From Caldivirga maquilingensis IC-167 (GTDB lineage Archaea > Thermoproteota > Thermoprotei > Thermoproteales > Thermocladiaceae), in contig NC_009954.1 of assembly GCF_000018305.1 (NCBI RefSeq), positions 1 through 32,000 on the forward strand: 32,000 bases of DNA, written 5' to 3'. The notes beneath the pieces are model-generated. The model was not told where the DNA came from and searched no databases. It saw nothing but the letters and a program-made list of their open reading frames with translations. The first letter of the stretch is position 1; each line of letters starts with the position of its first letter. Positions 1 to 9,054 of this stretch are shown in pieces. Position numbers and translations under genes: made by a program.

Positions 1-2
1 TC

Positions 3-3000
3 TTACTTAGCGCCAGGCCCAAATAAGCCTCCTGCCAACCTCCTCCTCCTCCAGTTACCGTACTCTATCAGCAGCACCACTATTATTATTATCACAATCA
101 GTATTATGACTGCCACTAGTATTAGCGTACTTAACGGCACGAAGGCACCGAATATTACGTAGCCGCTTATTGGCACAATAGCCCTAACACTCATCACTGA
201 GCCAACGGTTGGAGTCACTGTGGTTGAGTTGGTTACACCATAAGCACTCACACTAACTGTGTATGACACGCCACCTGGCACTATAACGCTCACTGAACCA
301 ACACCAGCTGCAATCTGCTTACCACTGTAAGTTACGGCAATCTGTGCATTACTCAACTGAACACCATTAATGGTGTAGGCGGCTATACTCAACTGGCTAA
401 CCGGCACACTCACTGATGCCTGTGTACCAGGTGACACAGTGACTGTTATTGGTGATAATGGTACACCACTCACATTACCAATCAGTGAATATGTTCCACT
501 CGGCACAATTATACTTACATCACTGGCCGAACCACTGGCAATAGTCCTACCATTATACTGTAGGGCTAGTGAGTAGCTGCTCGGTATCAAACCACCGGCA
601 AAGCTGACTGCAATCTTACCAACAGGTATAGTGGCTGATGCTACTTGCCCAGTAGCCACTGACACACTTATTGGTGATAATGGTACACCACTCACTACTC
701 CAGTTAAACCATAGGTACCAGCTGGAACAACTATACTCACTGCACTTGCTGATCCACTGGCAATAACCATACCATTGTACGTTAAGTTCAATGTGTAGCT
801 ACTTGGCACGTAACCACCAGCGAACTGGACGGCAATCTTACCCACCGGTATAGTTACCGATGCCACTGAACCAGCACCAACACTAAAGCTCATTGCTGAC
901 AGCGGCACACCGTCAATTGTACCATTTATACTGTATGAGCCGGCTGGGACAACAACACTTACATCACTCACACCACCACTGGCAATAACCATACCATTAT
1001 ACAGCAGGTTCAGTGTGTAGCTGCTTGGTACTAAGCCACTGGCGAAGCCAACAGCTACCTTACCAACAGGTATGGTGACTGGGGTAGTGGTGCCGTTGGT
1101 GACAGACACTGATATTGCTGATAATGGTACACTAGTAACCACACCGGTTAAGCTGTAGCTACCTGGTGGTAACACTAAGCTTACGTCACTGGCTGATCCA
1201 CTGGCAATAACCATACCATTGTATGTTAAATTCAACGTGTAGCTGGTTGGTGTTAAGCCGCCGGCAAACTGGACAGCCAATGCACCAGCTGGGGCAATTA
1301 AACTCTGCACTGCACCATTCATTACTGTGGCGCTTAGGCTCTCTGGAACACCCTGTATTGAAATATCCACGGTGTAGGTTGTACCACTGGCACTATTCAC
1401 AGGTAGTACGAATGTACCAGGTAGTGAACCAGTGGTTACCTGCGTTGTACCATAATATACTGTCACTGAGGTCTGCTCAGTGGGTAACGGCTTCAAGGCT
1501 GGTGTCACTGTTAATGCACCAGCTGGTACAGTGTACTGTATTGGTGCTGTGGCATTGCTTGGAGTCAGTGTGTATATCCTGGTTGAGTAGACGCCTATGG
1601 GTACATGCATCCACTGTACTGTGGTTACATTAACAATAGCACCACTTACGCTTATTGGTAATACTGGTGTAGTTACAGTACCACTTGATGGCACAGTGAA
1701 CGCTCCTGAGAATACCTGCGCCGGAATGGGTCCACTAATTATTGGTACACCAGCACTAGTTATACCATTGAAAATATACTCTGGTTCAGTTACCGTTATA
1801 CTAACATTGGCTCCAGTTGGTATACTGCCAACACTGGTTAATGTGCTAAGTGATAATAAACCAGTGCTGACACCAACGATTACCGGTACGTACACTGCCC
1901 TTAATGTAACACTGAAGACACCGCTTGGCACAGTGGCACCACGCTGTATACTGAATGTTGCATTACCAGCCTCAACATAACTATTATCATACACCGGCAC
2001 GTATGCTATAATGAAGAAGCTTGTTGCAGGTACCTGGCTATACACAGTGGTGCCTATGCTACTCACCCTATGGTCGTATATTGTTGCTGAACCACTGGTT
2101 CCGGTGGTTGTCATGCCCTCAAACTCAACACCCTGCGCTGTTGAATCATAGACTAGTACAGTGGCATTGCTAACTGGCTGACCACCAGTGTTCTCCACTG
2201 TAACAGTCATGGCGTACACATACGTCCTAACACTGGTTGCTGAGAATGAGTCACCTAACTGGTACACGTCATTGGGTACTGAGGTGTCGTAGATGTCTAT
2301 GAAGTAGTACTTCTTCGGGTTAAGTAACCAAAGTGGGTAACTATCATACCAGTACACCGCAATCCTAACCGGTGGCTTGGCTGAAGTCGCCGCTGTTACG
2401 CTTGACTGACCCACTGTGACACCGTATGCGCTTGACGTGTAGGTTGTGGTGAATGCAGTACTGTTAATACCCTTTAATGCTGTTGATGTTACTGAGGTGC
2501 CGTTGGCGTATGTTGCCGTTGCTGATACTGAGACGCTGACTGGTAATGGTTGGGCTAGTGTACCATTCTGCGTTGTTACAGTTAAACCAACTAGATTGTT
2601 ACCGAAGTACACTGCCACGGTCTGGTTTGCTAGTGGTCTACTGTTCCAATCCTGCACCACGGTTAATGGGGCATAGTAGACGCTTACAGTGAAGGTACCG
2701 GCCAACGTTGTCTTAATGTACTGGTCACCGTCAGTGGTTGGGAACGTCATACCTGTGTCAACCCAACCACCAAGCACCTTACCAACAAGCCTATAGTAAC
2801 CACTGCTCACTGATGCTTGTACAACCGTGGCGTTTGTGCCTGCGTATAATTCAGTGAAGGGTATCTGTATGTTGGCTGACTGGCTAACCACAATTGGTGT
2901 AATGAAGCCTTGCACCGCACTTAATGGTAATTCACCGGTATAGCCATTAACAGTCACCGGCTGGCCAGCGTAGTTGTATAGGTAGAATACGAAGGCCTCA

Positions 3001-6000
3001 GTGTACGGTGTGTAGGTTACGTTGTACAGGTACTTGACGTAGTATGATATGCTTAAGTCCATTGAAGGCTCAACAAAGGACATTACATTAACTGGAGCCA
3101 TCTCGCTCTCTAATGCGGCTAAAACCTCAGTGGCGTTTATTGCGAAGGTTGAGCCGTATAGTCCAGTCACCGGTATGGTGGTTATCATGCCGAACGGTAA
3201 CTGGACTGGTGTGGGGAATGATGCACTGGTTATTTCAGTTCCGTTAACGTAGTATACGTAGCCTGTGGCGTTGACGCCAGCCATCACTGTGGCGTATGGT
3301 ATTGGTGATGGTGGCGTCATGGTGTTGTACACTTGAATACCCTCAAGGTACACTGTGGGTAGGTTAATCGCGTTATGCATTATATCAATGAAGGCCAGTG
3401 GCTTACCCTCAACGACACCGTATATCGCATACAGTGGCCAGAACCCGGCTCCAGTGCCGAATCCAACACCAGGTATGCCTTCACTCATGTCACCACTGAA
3501 TGATGCAGCAACCACGCCAGGCTTCAGTGAGCTAACGTATATTGTTGACCAGTTACCTGTCACGTTATAGGCGTTAAGCACCATGAATAATGAGGCGTTA
3601 ACATATGGTAGAGTCACTATGGCGTTGCTTGGTGCGTAACCAGTAGTCATGACTGAGATCCAGCTTGGCTGGTTGGGTGTGCTTGGTGTACTTAACACAT
3701 ATGCCCTAGCAATCCTAGCGAAGAATAATGCATTAGCAGCCTCACTGCTTGGTGACGTGGTTAAGAGGCTTGGGTATAGCGTACTCACCTTAATCAGTAC
3801 CCTGGTTAGGTTGAGTTCAGGCAGTATTGGCGTGTAGCCAGCGGTGTTTAATGCGTAGGTTGGTATGTCTACTAAAGCCTCACCGCTTGGCCCAACTGAA
3901 ACCAGTAGCGTGAATGGTGAACCGAAGTAGTTGGCCCAACCAACTGGTGTTGTGGCTGTGGCGAACGGTAGCGTTGTGCCATTAACCGGCACAACCCTCC
4001 ACCACACTAGGCCCTTACCGTATCCAGTACCGTTATTGTAAACAGTGATACTGCTCCTGGATAAGTAGCCACCCATTGCTGTTGAGATCACTGGCGTTGT
4101 CTCAAAGGCCCAGCCTGAACCAGTACCGTAAACTATTATTGAAACAACCTCACCAGTAACCGTCGCCTTTCCACTTAAGACCTGGGTTAGTAGCTTAGCT
4201 GCGGTTAAGTTTGTTACCTGGGTTAATAGACTCTGAACACTCACAGTGAACGCCATGGGTACCCATCTGCCAACAGCCAGGTTATAGTACATTGTTAGGT
4301 TCTTAGTGGCCACGTCAACAACGAAGGTACCCGTTGCGTTGGTGACCAGTAACTGCACCACTGCCGTGGCGTTGATTATGCTGCTGCCTGGCTCAACATA
4401 TATATATGCCTCAAAGGTCCTTAATGCCAACGCCGCAGTGGATGGTGAGAAGCCTAATGATACAGTGCTATTGAATCCGTAGAATGAGCCTAGGGTAACA
4501 GGGGTGGTTGTTGGTAGTGTTACCTCGGCTGCAAGCTCATTAATCTTAACTGCACCGCTTAGGCTTGGTGGGAATAGTAGTGAGACGTATGGCGTTGTCA
4601 CGTATGTTGGTACACTGGTTGTGAATATTGATGTACCAACAGTCACATTAGTTATGTAGGCTGAGCCACTCCAAATGAAGTTACTCATGGGTAGCTCAGT
4701 GATGCCTACACCAGGCGCCATTACGTAGCCTGCTAGGTTGGGTAGGTAGTAGGCTATTAATGCGTACTCTGATTGCGGTGAGGCGTATTTACTGTAGTCA
4801 ACGCCACTGTAGCTATTGGATATGTACTCTGAACCCTCCCTGGCTATGTAGGTTGCTGCATTAATGTAGGCTTCACTCAACGTCTCGAATGGTGAAAGTA
4901 ATGATGATAGGTAGCCGGCTGCCCATGATGATACACTTGACGGTACTGCTTGACTTGGTATAAGTACCTTGAATAATGAATCGTAGAATGTTAAAGCAAC
5001 CACAGTGTTACCCACATTATAACCTAAGCTCTTACTGGTGACGTTAAGTAACACTGGATACACGCTGCTAACTATAACTATTGAGTTAGGTGGCACTTGT
5101 ACAGGCATACCACCCTCATACACAGTGTAGCTGCTCACGAACTTAATGGTGCCGTTGGCGTAAACCAGGGTTATCATACCCGGCGGCGGCACTATTATGT
5201 TGCCGCTGAACACCTCATAGCCCAGGTAGAATACTTTACCGTAGAATACTTGATTAGGCATGAATAACCTAACCAGGAAGCCTGTTGATGACCTACCGTA
5301 TGGGTATGATGGTATCTTGAATACTGCGTACTGGCTTGTACCTGAGGCGTTGGCTAAGTATATTGAGGTTAATAGGTATGACTGATTGTTAAGCACATCA
5401 CTGTATAATCCCTCACCTAAAGCCACAGACGTCAGGTTATAGAATATTGAAGCCAACCTAGTGTACAGTGACTTAGCTCCAGCAACACCCATTGTACTGA
5501 AGAATGTTAGGTTCCATGCATTATATGGGTAGGTGAACCAGACGCTTGCACCATTGTATGGACTGAAGGCGTCGTAGATAAGTAACGTAGTATTCATCCA
5601 GACTGCGGCACCAGGCAGCGCCATGGCTGGGTAAACCAACTGGTTGGCTAGGACATTATTCTGGGCATCAACCACGTAGGCGTGCAGGTTCTCAACATAG
5701 ACAGGTATCTCGAAGGTGTAGTAGCAGGATGTGTTAACTGGTATTGAATACTGGGCATTATAGTAAGCCACTAATCCCTCATCAATCTGAGCCCTAGTAC
5801 CAAACGTGTACGCTGAAACACCTGATGGTAGGCCTAGCCAAGCCGCGTACTCCGCATAGGTCTGGTTCCATAGTGACTGCAGGTAGGTGTATGTCCAAGA
5901 CTCCTCAGTACTCGGTATAATGGTTCTGACCTTTAATTCAAAGTAACTATTAGGCATTATGTAACTTGCGTTAATGGGTACATTCATTATGACTGCGGTA

Positions 6001-8819
6001 CCGTAGTTGGGTAACCCGGTTTGAGCATTAGCTGGAGGTAACTGGAACCCGGTAATGTGGCCATTAGCCACGAACTCAGTGGTGCCGTTGGTAATACCCT
6101 CAGTTATCTTCTGCCCAGTAACTGAACTGTAGGCCGCCACAACAAAGCCAGGTAGCGGTGTTGCCGGTGTAGTTACATTAGTTACTACCTGAATCACCAC
6201 GTCAATCAATGGGAAGTATATGAGGTTAACCACAGTGGGCTCTAGGGTTATTGGAGTCGTTATGGCCTGCCTTGTGAATGGATTAACAGGCGGCATTACG
6301 TAACCGAAGTAGTTCAGTGTGAAGCTTGCTGTTGGTGAAACAACAGTAACGGGTACATTCCACATGTTAACCTGCACTGGGAACTGGAGCACTGTGTATG
6401 GGTAGGCGAATAACAGTGACACATTGAACTTACCGTACGTTGTAGATACCGTGACAACACCCTGGGTTATGGTTTCATTGCATAGGTTAACGAACTCAAC
6501 CTTATATAAAGCAACGTGAACAGCAGTAATACCCTGCTCAGCAAAGTATGAGCCAGTAGCCGCAGTGAAGAAGGCCTCTTGGGCTGTGCCGTATAGCGTA
6601 TTGTTAACTAGGCTTGGGTAATACTGAGATGGATAATAGGCCTCAAATATTGGGTATATGTAGCCGCTTGGTATTGCTAATGGGGCATTGTAAACATTAA
6701 CACTTGAACTATTATAACTGGCCTCAAAAACACCTGAACCAACCAGTATTGTACCGTAGTAGAGCTGTAGGTTGAAGTACTCCAATTGAGTTGTTGGGTA
6801 GTAGAATGGCTCAGCGGTTAGTGATTCACCAGGTATTACTGATGCTGAGCTGAAGGTACCCTGCAGTGTGGGTAAGGGTAGTTCAACAACAGGTGATTGA
6901 GCCAAGAAGCCGTTACTTATGTGAACTACTTGAAGCGCCGGGAACACGGCTACTGTTGCTACTGTTGATGCTGAACTATACATTGTTACGTTACCAGTGG
7001 CCATTAGCGATAACTGTGATGTGGATGGACCGGCTAATAACACTGCCTTAATCTGCTCAGCCTTCTCAGCAAGTAGAGGCTCTTGACTAGTTACTGCAAC
7101 ACCGGGTGTGTACAAGGTTACCTCAAGTACAGTGGGTAGTAGTGATGTCCATATACTGCTTATGGTTACTGTGGGTGTATTATACTTTATGGCTAGGTTG
7201 ATTAATGATGATATGTTTAGTAAGGCTACATCCCAAGTACCACTTGTTGTTTGAAGCTCAATGGTAAGCATCATCTTAGTTGGTGAAATAGGTTGAGCCG
7301 TTGGTGATGTTGGTGGGTATACAGTGCCCGTGAATTCAACAGCCGGTATTGTGAAGCCCTCTATTAGGAAGCTTATTGGCAATGGACCATAGAGTATCTG
7401 CGCCAACTGCGGGCCAGTGGTTATCTCAAAGAGCAGTGAGGCTGTTGGTGAGAACTCGAAGCTGCTTGCAGCTATCAAATTACCCTTAATATCATATATG
7501 TTATGCGCTAACAGTGTTATTAAACCGCCTGCAATAACTAAGTCAGGTAAGCCTTCAAAATGCAGAACCCCTGTTGACGACTTCACTACACCATACCCGT
7601 AACCATCCATTGACGTTATGTTGAAGAAGGCATCATAATGGAAGTCGTAGCCAACCAATGCACCACCGAGGAGTAGACTACCGTTTGAGTATCCAGCTGA
7701 GGCGTAGTTGGTGGTTGCGTATACTGGCACTGACACAATACTCTGGGTACCTGGGTTGTAGTAACTGTACGTTACATTTATTGTGAAGTAAACTGGGTTA
7801 CTACTACCACCCTCAGCGTAACCCAGTAGGTGACCGTTCTGGAATATTAAACCAGTGAAGTACACTAATGGCCCGAAGGCGGCATAGCTGACACCGTCAC
7901 CGTATATGCTGGTGCTGAATTGACTTGCCGTTGGGTTGTAGGATAATGAGGAATTCACTATAATAGGCGTACCATTATAATACTCAGCGAATGTTAAGGC
8001 CAAGTCACTTAGTATTGATGATGACACTGAGGAGGCTACTCTTGAATCATTTAAATCAGTCCCAAACCAAATATATATTACATTAACACCAGGCAATGGT
8101 AACGCGTAGTACTCACCCGTAGTGCCGTTAACCTGAACCATTATTTGGAATTCCTTACCATTAGGCGCCGTTAAGAATGAGGGTGTTGAGCTTGATGCAG
8201 CACTAGTTAAGTTGGCTAGTAGGCTACCTAATTGGGCTGGTGCAGTGGTGAAGTTGAATGCAACCCACTGGTAACCATCATAGTTAATAGTAACTACAAC
8301 GAACCAGGAGGCGGTGAAGCTTGAGTAGTTCAGTGACTCAGGTGATACCGGTAGCTGGAAGCTGCTGGTGAATCCACCAGTGCTGTTTAGGGTTACTGTG
8401 AATGATTCACCAACCAGTAGGCCTATATCACTGGAGACTGCCGTATTGAAGTAGTCTAGGTAGGAGCCTGGAACCAGTGTGCCGTCGGGGTACTTTATGT
8501 CTGATGCGTTAAGTATGTAGAATGTTATTGTTTGCCCAGCGACACCGTAGTATGCTGGGACTGTGTCGTAGAGCAAGTGGTACATGCCCACTAGCGTAGT
8601 GTTTAGACTACTTACATAGGATACTGGTGGTTGAGCGTAGGCTAGGTTTAGTGATATTGTGAAGGTTTGATTAACTATCTTAACAGTAGGCGGCACCGGT
8701 GGACCAGGTAGGCTTATTGCCTTAACCGCATGCCCAGCCCAGGCTAGGGCCAGGGCTAGGGCTACTGCGAGCACTGGTAGTATTTTTGCTATTCCGTATT
8801 TCCCGGATTTATTGGACAT
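3..8819 (-). CDS. Giant (2938 aa) exported, C-terminally membrane-anchored, N-glycosylation-sequon-rich surface protein; candidate S-layer/envelope glycoprotein
   Basis: Uninterrupted 8.8-kb ORF with a true ATG (cat at 8817-8819) and a TAA stop (tta at 3-5). The N-terminus MSNKSGKYGIAKILPVLAVALALALAWAGHAVKA/IS is a classic signal peptide (nt ~8718-8819). The C-terminus has one very hydrophobic helix (FGAFVPLSTLILVAVIILIVIIIIVVLLI, nt ~66-152) followed by RRRR and a short tail. Composition is dominated by S/T/V/Y/N/A/G with sparse D/E/K/R and only 2 Cys. I counted 11 N-x-S/T sequons in the first ~290 residues, and similar density continues. No catalytic motif was recognised. The S-layer assignment itself is inference (about 0.35); the confidence given is for the CDS and its exported, anchored nature. 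Confidence 0.85.
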   Translation of the reverse strand: MSNKSGKYGIAKILPVLAVALALALAWAGHAVKAISLPGPPVPPTVKIVNQTFTISLNLAYAQPPVSYVSSLNTTLVGMYHLLYDTVPAYYGVAGQTITFYILNASDIKYPDGTLVPGSYLDYFNTAVSSDIGLLVGESFTVTLNSTGGFTSSFQLPVSPESLNYSSFTASWFVVVTINYDGYQWVAFNFTTAPAQLGSLLANLTSAASSSTPSFLTAPNGKEFQIMVQVNGTTGEYYALPLPGVNVIYIWFGTDLNDSRVASSVSSSILSDLALTFAEYYNGTPIIVNSSLSYNPTASQFSTSIYGDGVSYAAFGPLVYFTGLIFQNGHLLGYAEGGSSNPVYFTINVTYSYYNPGTQSIVSVPVYATTNYASAGYSNGSLLLGGALVGYDFHYDAFFNITSMDGYGYGVVKSSTGVLHFEGLPDLVIAGGLITLLAHNIYDIKGNLIAASSFEFSPTASLLFEITTGPQLAQILYGPLPISFLIEGFTIPAVEFTGTVYPPTSPTAQPISPTKMMLTIELQTTSGTWDVALLNISSLINLAIKYNTPTVTISSIWTSLLPTVLEVTLYTPGVAVTSQEPLLAEKAEQIKAVLLAGPSTSQLSLMATGNVTMYSSASTVATVAVFPALQVVHISNGFLAQSPVVELPLPTLQGTFSSASVIPGESLTAEPFYYPTTQLEYFNLQLYYGTILVGSGVFEASYNSSSVNVYNAPLAIPSGYIYPIFEAYYPSQYYPSLVNNTLYGTAQEAFFTAATGSYFAEQGITAVHVALYKVEFVNLCNETITQGVVTVSTTYGKFNVSLLFAYPYTVLQFPVQVNMWNVPVTVVSPTASFTLNYFGYVMPPVNPFTRQAITTPITLEPTVVNLIYFPLIDVVIQVVTNVTTPATPLPGFVVAAYSSVTGQKITEGITNGTTEFVANGHITGFQLPPANAQTGLPNYGTAVIMNVPINASYIMPNSYFELKVRTIIPSTEESWTYTYLQSLWNQTYAEYAAWLGLPSGVSAYTFGTRAQIDEGLVAYYNAQYSIPVNTSCYYTFEIPVYVENLHAYVVDAQNNVLANQLVYPAMALPGAAVWMNTTLLIYDAFSPYNGASVWFTYPYNAWNLTFFSTMGVAGAKSLYTRLASIFYNLTSVALGEGLYSDVLNNQSYLLTSIYLANASGTSQYAVFKIPSYPYGRSSTGFLVRLFMPNQVFYGKVFYLGYEVFSGNIIVPPPGMITLVYANGTIKFVSSYTVYEGGMPVQVPPNSIVIVSSVYPVLLNVTSKSLGYNVGNTVVALTFYDSLFKVLIPSQAVPSSVSSWAAGYLSSLLSPFETLSEAYINAATYIAREGSEYISNSYSGVDYSKYASPQSEYALIAYYLPNLAGYVMAPGVGITELPMSNFIWSGSAYITNVTVGTSIFTTSVPTYVTTPYVSLLFPPSLSGAVKINELAAEVTLPTTTPVTLGSFYGFNSTVSLGFSPSTAALALRTFEAYIYVEPGSSIINATAVVQLLVTNATGTFVVDVATKNLTMYYNLAVGRWVPMAFTVSVQSLLTQVTNLTAAKLLTQVLSGKATVTGEVVSIIVYGTGSGWAFETTPVISTAMGGYLSRSSITVYNNGTGYGKGLVWWRVVPVNGTTLPFATATTPVGWANYFGSPFTLLVSVGPSGEALVDIPTYALNTAGYTPILPELNLTRVLIKVSTLYPSLLTTSPSSEAANALFFARIARAYVLSTPSTPNQPSWISVMTTGYAPSNAIVTLPYVNASLFMVLNAYNVTGNWSTIYVSSLKPGVVAASFSGDMSEGIPGVGFGTGAGFWPLYAIYGVVEGKPLAFIDIMHNAINLPTVYLEGIQVYNTMTPPSPIPYATVMAGVNATGYVYYVNGTEITSASFPTPVQLPFGMITTIPVTGLYGSTFAINATEVLAALESEMAPVNVMSFVEPSMDLSISYYVKYLYNVTYTPYTEAFVFYLYNYAGQPVTVNGYTGELPLSAVQGFITPIVVSQSANIQIPFTELYAGTNATVVQASVSSGYYRLVGKVLGGWVDTGMTFPTTDGDQYIKTTLAGTFTVSVYYAPLTVVQDWNSRPLANQTVAVYFGNNLVGLTVTTQNGTLAQPLPVSVSVSATATYANGTSVTSTALKGINSTAFTTTYTSSAYGVTVGQSSVTAATSAKPPVRIAVYWYDSYPLWLLNPKKYYFIDIYDTSVPNDVYQLGDSFSATSVRTYVYAMTVTVENTGGQPVSNATVLVYDSTAQGVEFEGMTTTGTSGSATIYDHRVSSIGTTVYSQVPATSFFIIAYVPVYDNSYVEAGNATFSIQRGATVPSGVFSVTLRAVYVPVIVGVSTGLLSLSTLTSVGSIPTGANVSITVTEPEYIFNGITSAGVPIISGPIPAQVFSGAFTVPSSGTVTTPVLPISVSGAIVNVTTVQWMHVPIGVYSTRIYTLTPSNATAPIQYTVPAGALTVTPALKPLPTEQTSVTVYYGTTQVTTGSLPGTFVLPVNSASGTTYTVDISIQGVPESLSATVMNGAVQSLIAPAGALAVQFAGGLTPTSYTLNLTYNGMVIASGSASDVSLVLPPGSYSLTGVVTSVPLSAISVSVTNGTTTPVTIPVGKVAVGFASGLVPSSYTLNLLYNGMVIASGGVSDVSVVVPAGSYSINGTIDGVPLSAMSFSVGAGSVASVTIPVGKIAVQFAGGYVPSSYTLNLTYNGMVIASGSASAVSIVVPAGTYGLTGVVSGVPLSPISVSVATGQVASATIPVGKIAVSFAGGLIPSSYSLALQYNGRTIASGSASDVSIIVPSGTYSLIGNVSGVPLSPITVTVSPGTQASVSVPVSQLSIAAYTINGVQLSNAQIAVTYSGKQIAAGVGSVSVIVPGGVSYTVSVSAYGVTNSTTVTPTVGSVMSVRAIVPISGYVIFGAFVPLSTLILVAVIILIVIIIIVVLLIEYGNWRRRRLAGGLFGPGAK
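393..1280 (-). repeat. Four tandem 222-nt (74-aa) near-identical repeats inside the giant CDS, immediately N-terminal to the membrane anchor
   Basis: The string ccactggca recurs at 532, 754, 976 and 1198, an exact 222-nt spacing. Protein units are (L/V/I)AVxFAxGLxPSSYTLNLxYNGMVIASGSASDVSxVVPxGSYSLxGxVSGVPLSxISVSVxxGxxxxxTIPVGK at aa 2514-2809. More degenerate copies flank them at 162..392 and 1281..1472. Confidence 0.9.
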
Positions 8820-8841
8820 AAGCCCCTCCTAGAGCCACCCC

Positions 8842-8849
8842 TATTTAAA
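8842..8849 (-). promoter_or_regulatory. TATA box (TTTAAATA on minus strand) of the giant gene
   Basis: The A/T octamer lies 23-30 nt upstream of the ATG at 8819, the same spacing seen for most first-in-unit genes here. An AGGAGG (8825-8830) also sits 5 nt before the ATG, so a leaderless mRNA versus a short leader cannot be decided from sequence. Confidence 0.55.
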
Positions 8850-9054
8850 GAACCCCTCAGCCTCATCATGGAACAGTTAAAATAAGATCATGGAACCAAG
8901 CAAAACCATCAATGAACCAACACGACTAAGTAAACTCAACGCAATTCCACCATTAATTAACATCAATACGGCTTAATCACACATGGGCTTAAGCCGGAGG
9001 AGTGATTCAGTTTGAAGAAAATGGTTTAATTATTTTAAAGGTAGTTCACTTTAA

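Noticed and set aside
1223-7602. Eight plus-strand ORFs of 61-136 aa (1223..1633, 1597..1980, 2446..2676, 3049..3252, 3355..3570, 3649..3837, 6866..7051, 7417..7602) antisense to the giant gene
   Set aside because: All lie entirely within the 8.8-kb minus-strand CDS. Their translations are low-complexity shadows (rich in L, V, T and P, with no motifs) and they have no upstream A/T boxes. The biased codon composition of the giant gene suppresses antisense stop codons.
8969-8996. 8-bp hairpin cggcttaa-n12-ttaagccg (also containing the self-palindrome ggcttaagcc) in the spacer after the S53 gene
   Set aside because: It is short, with a large loop and no adjacent T-tract, so it is easily a chance occurrence. 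It is not convincing as a terminator or operator.
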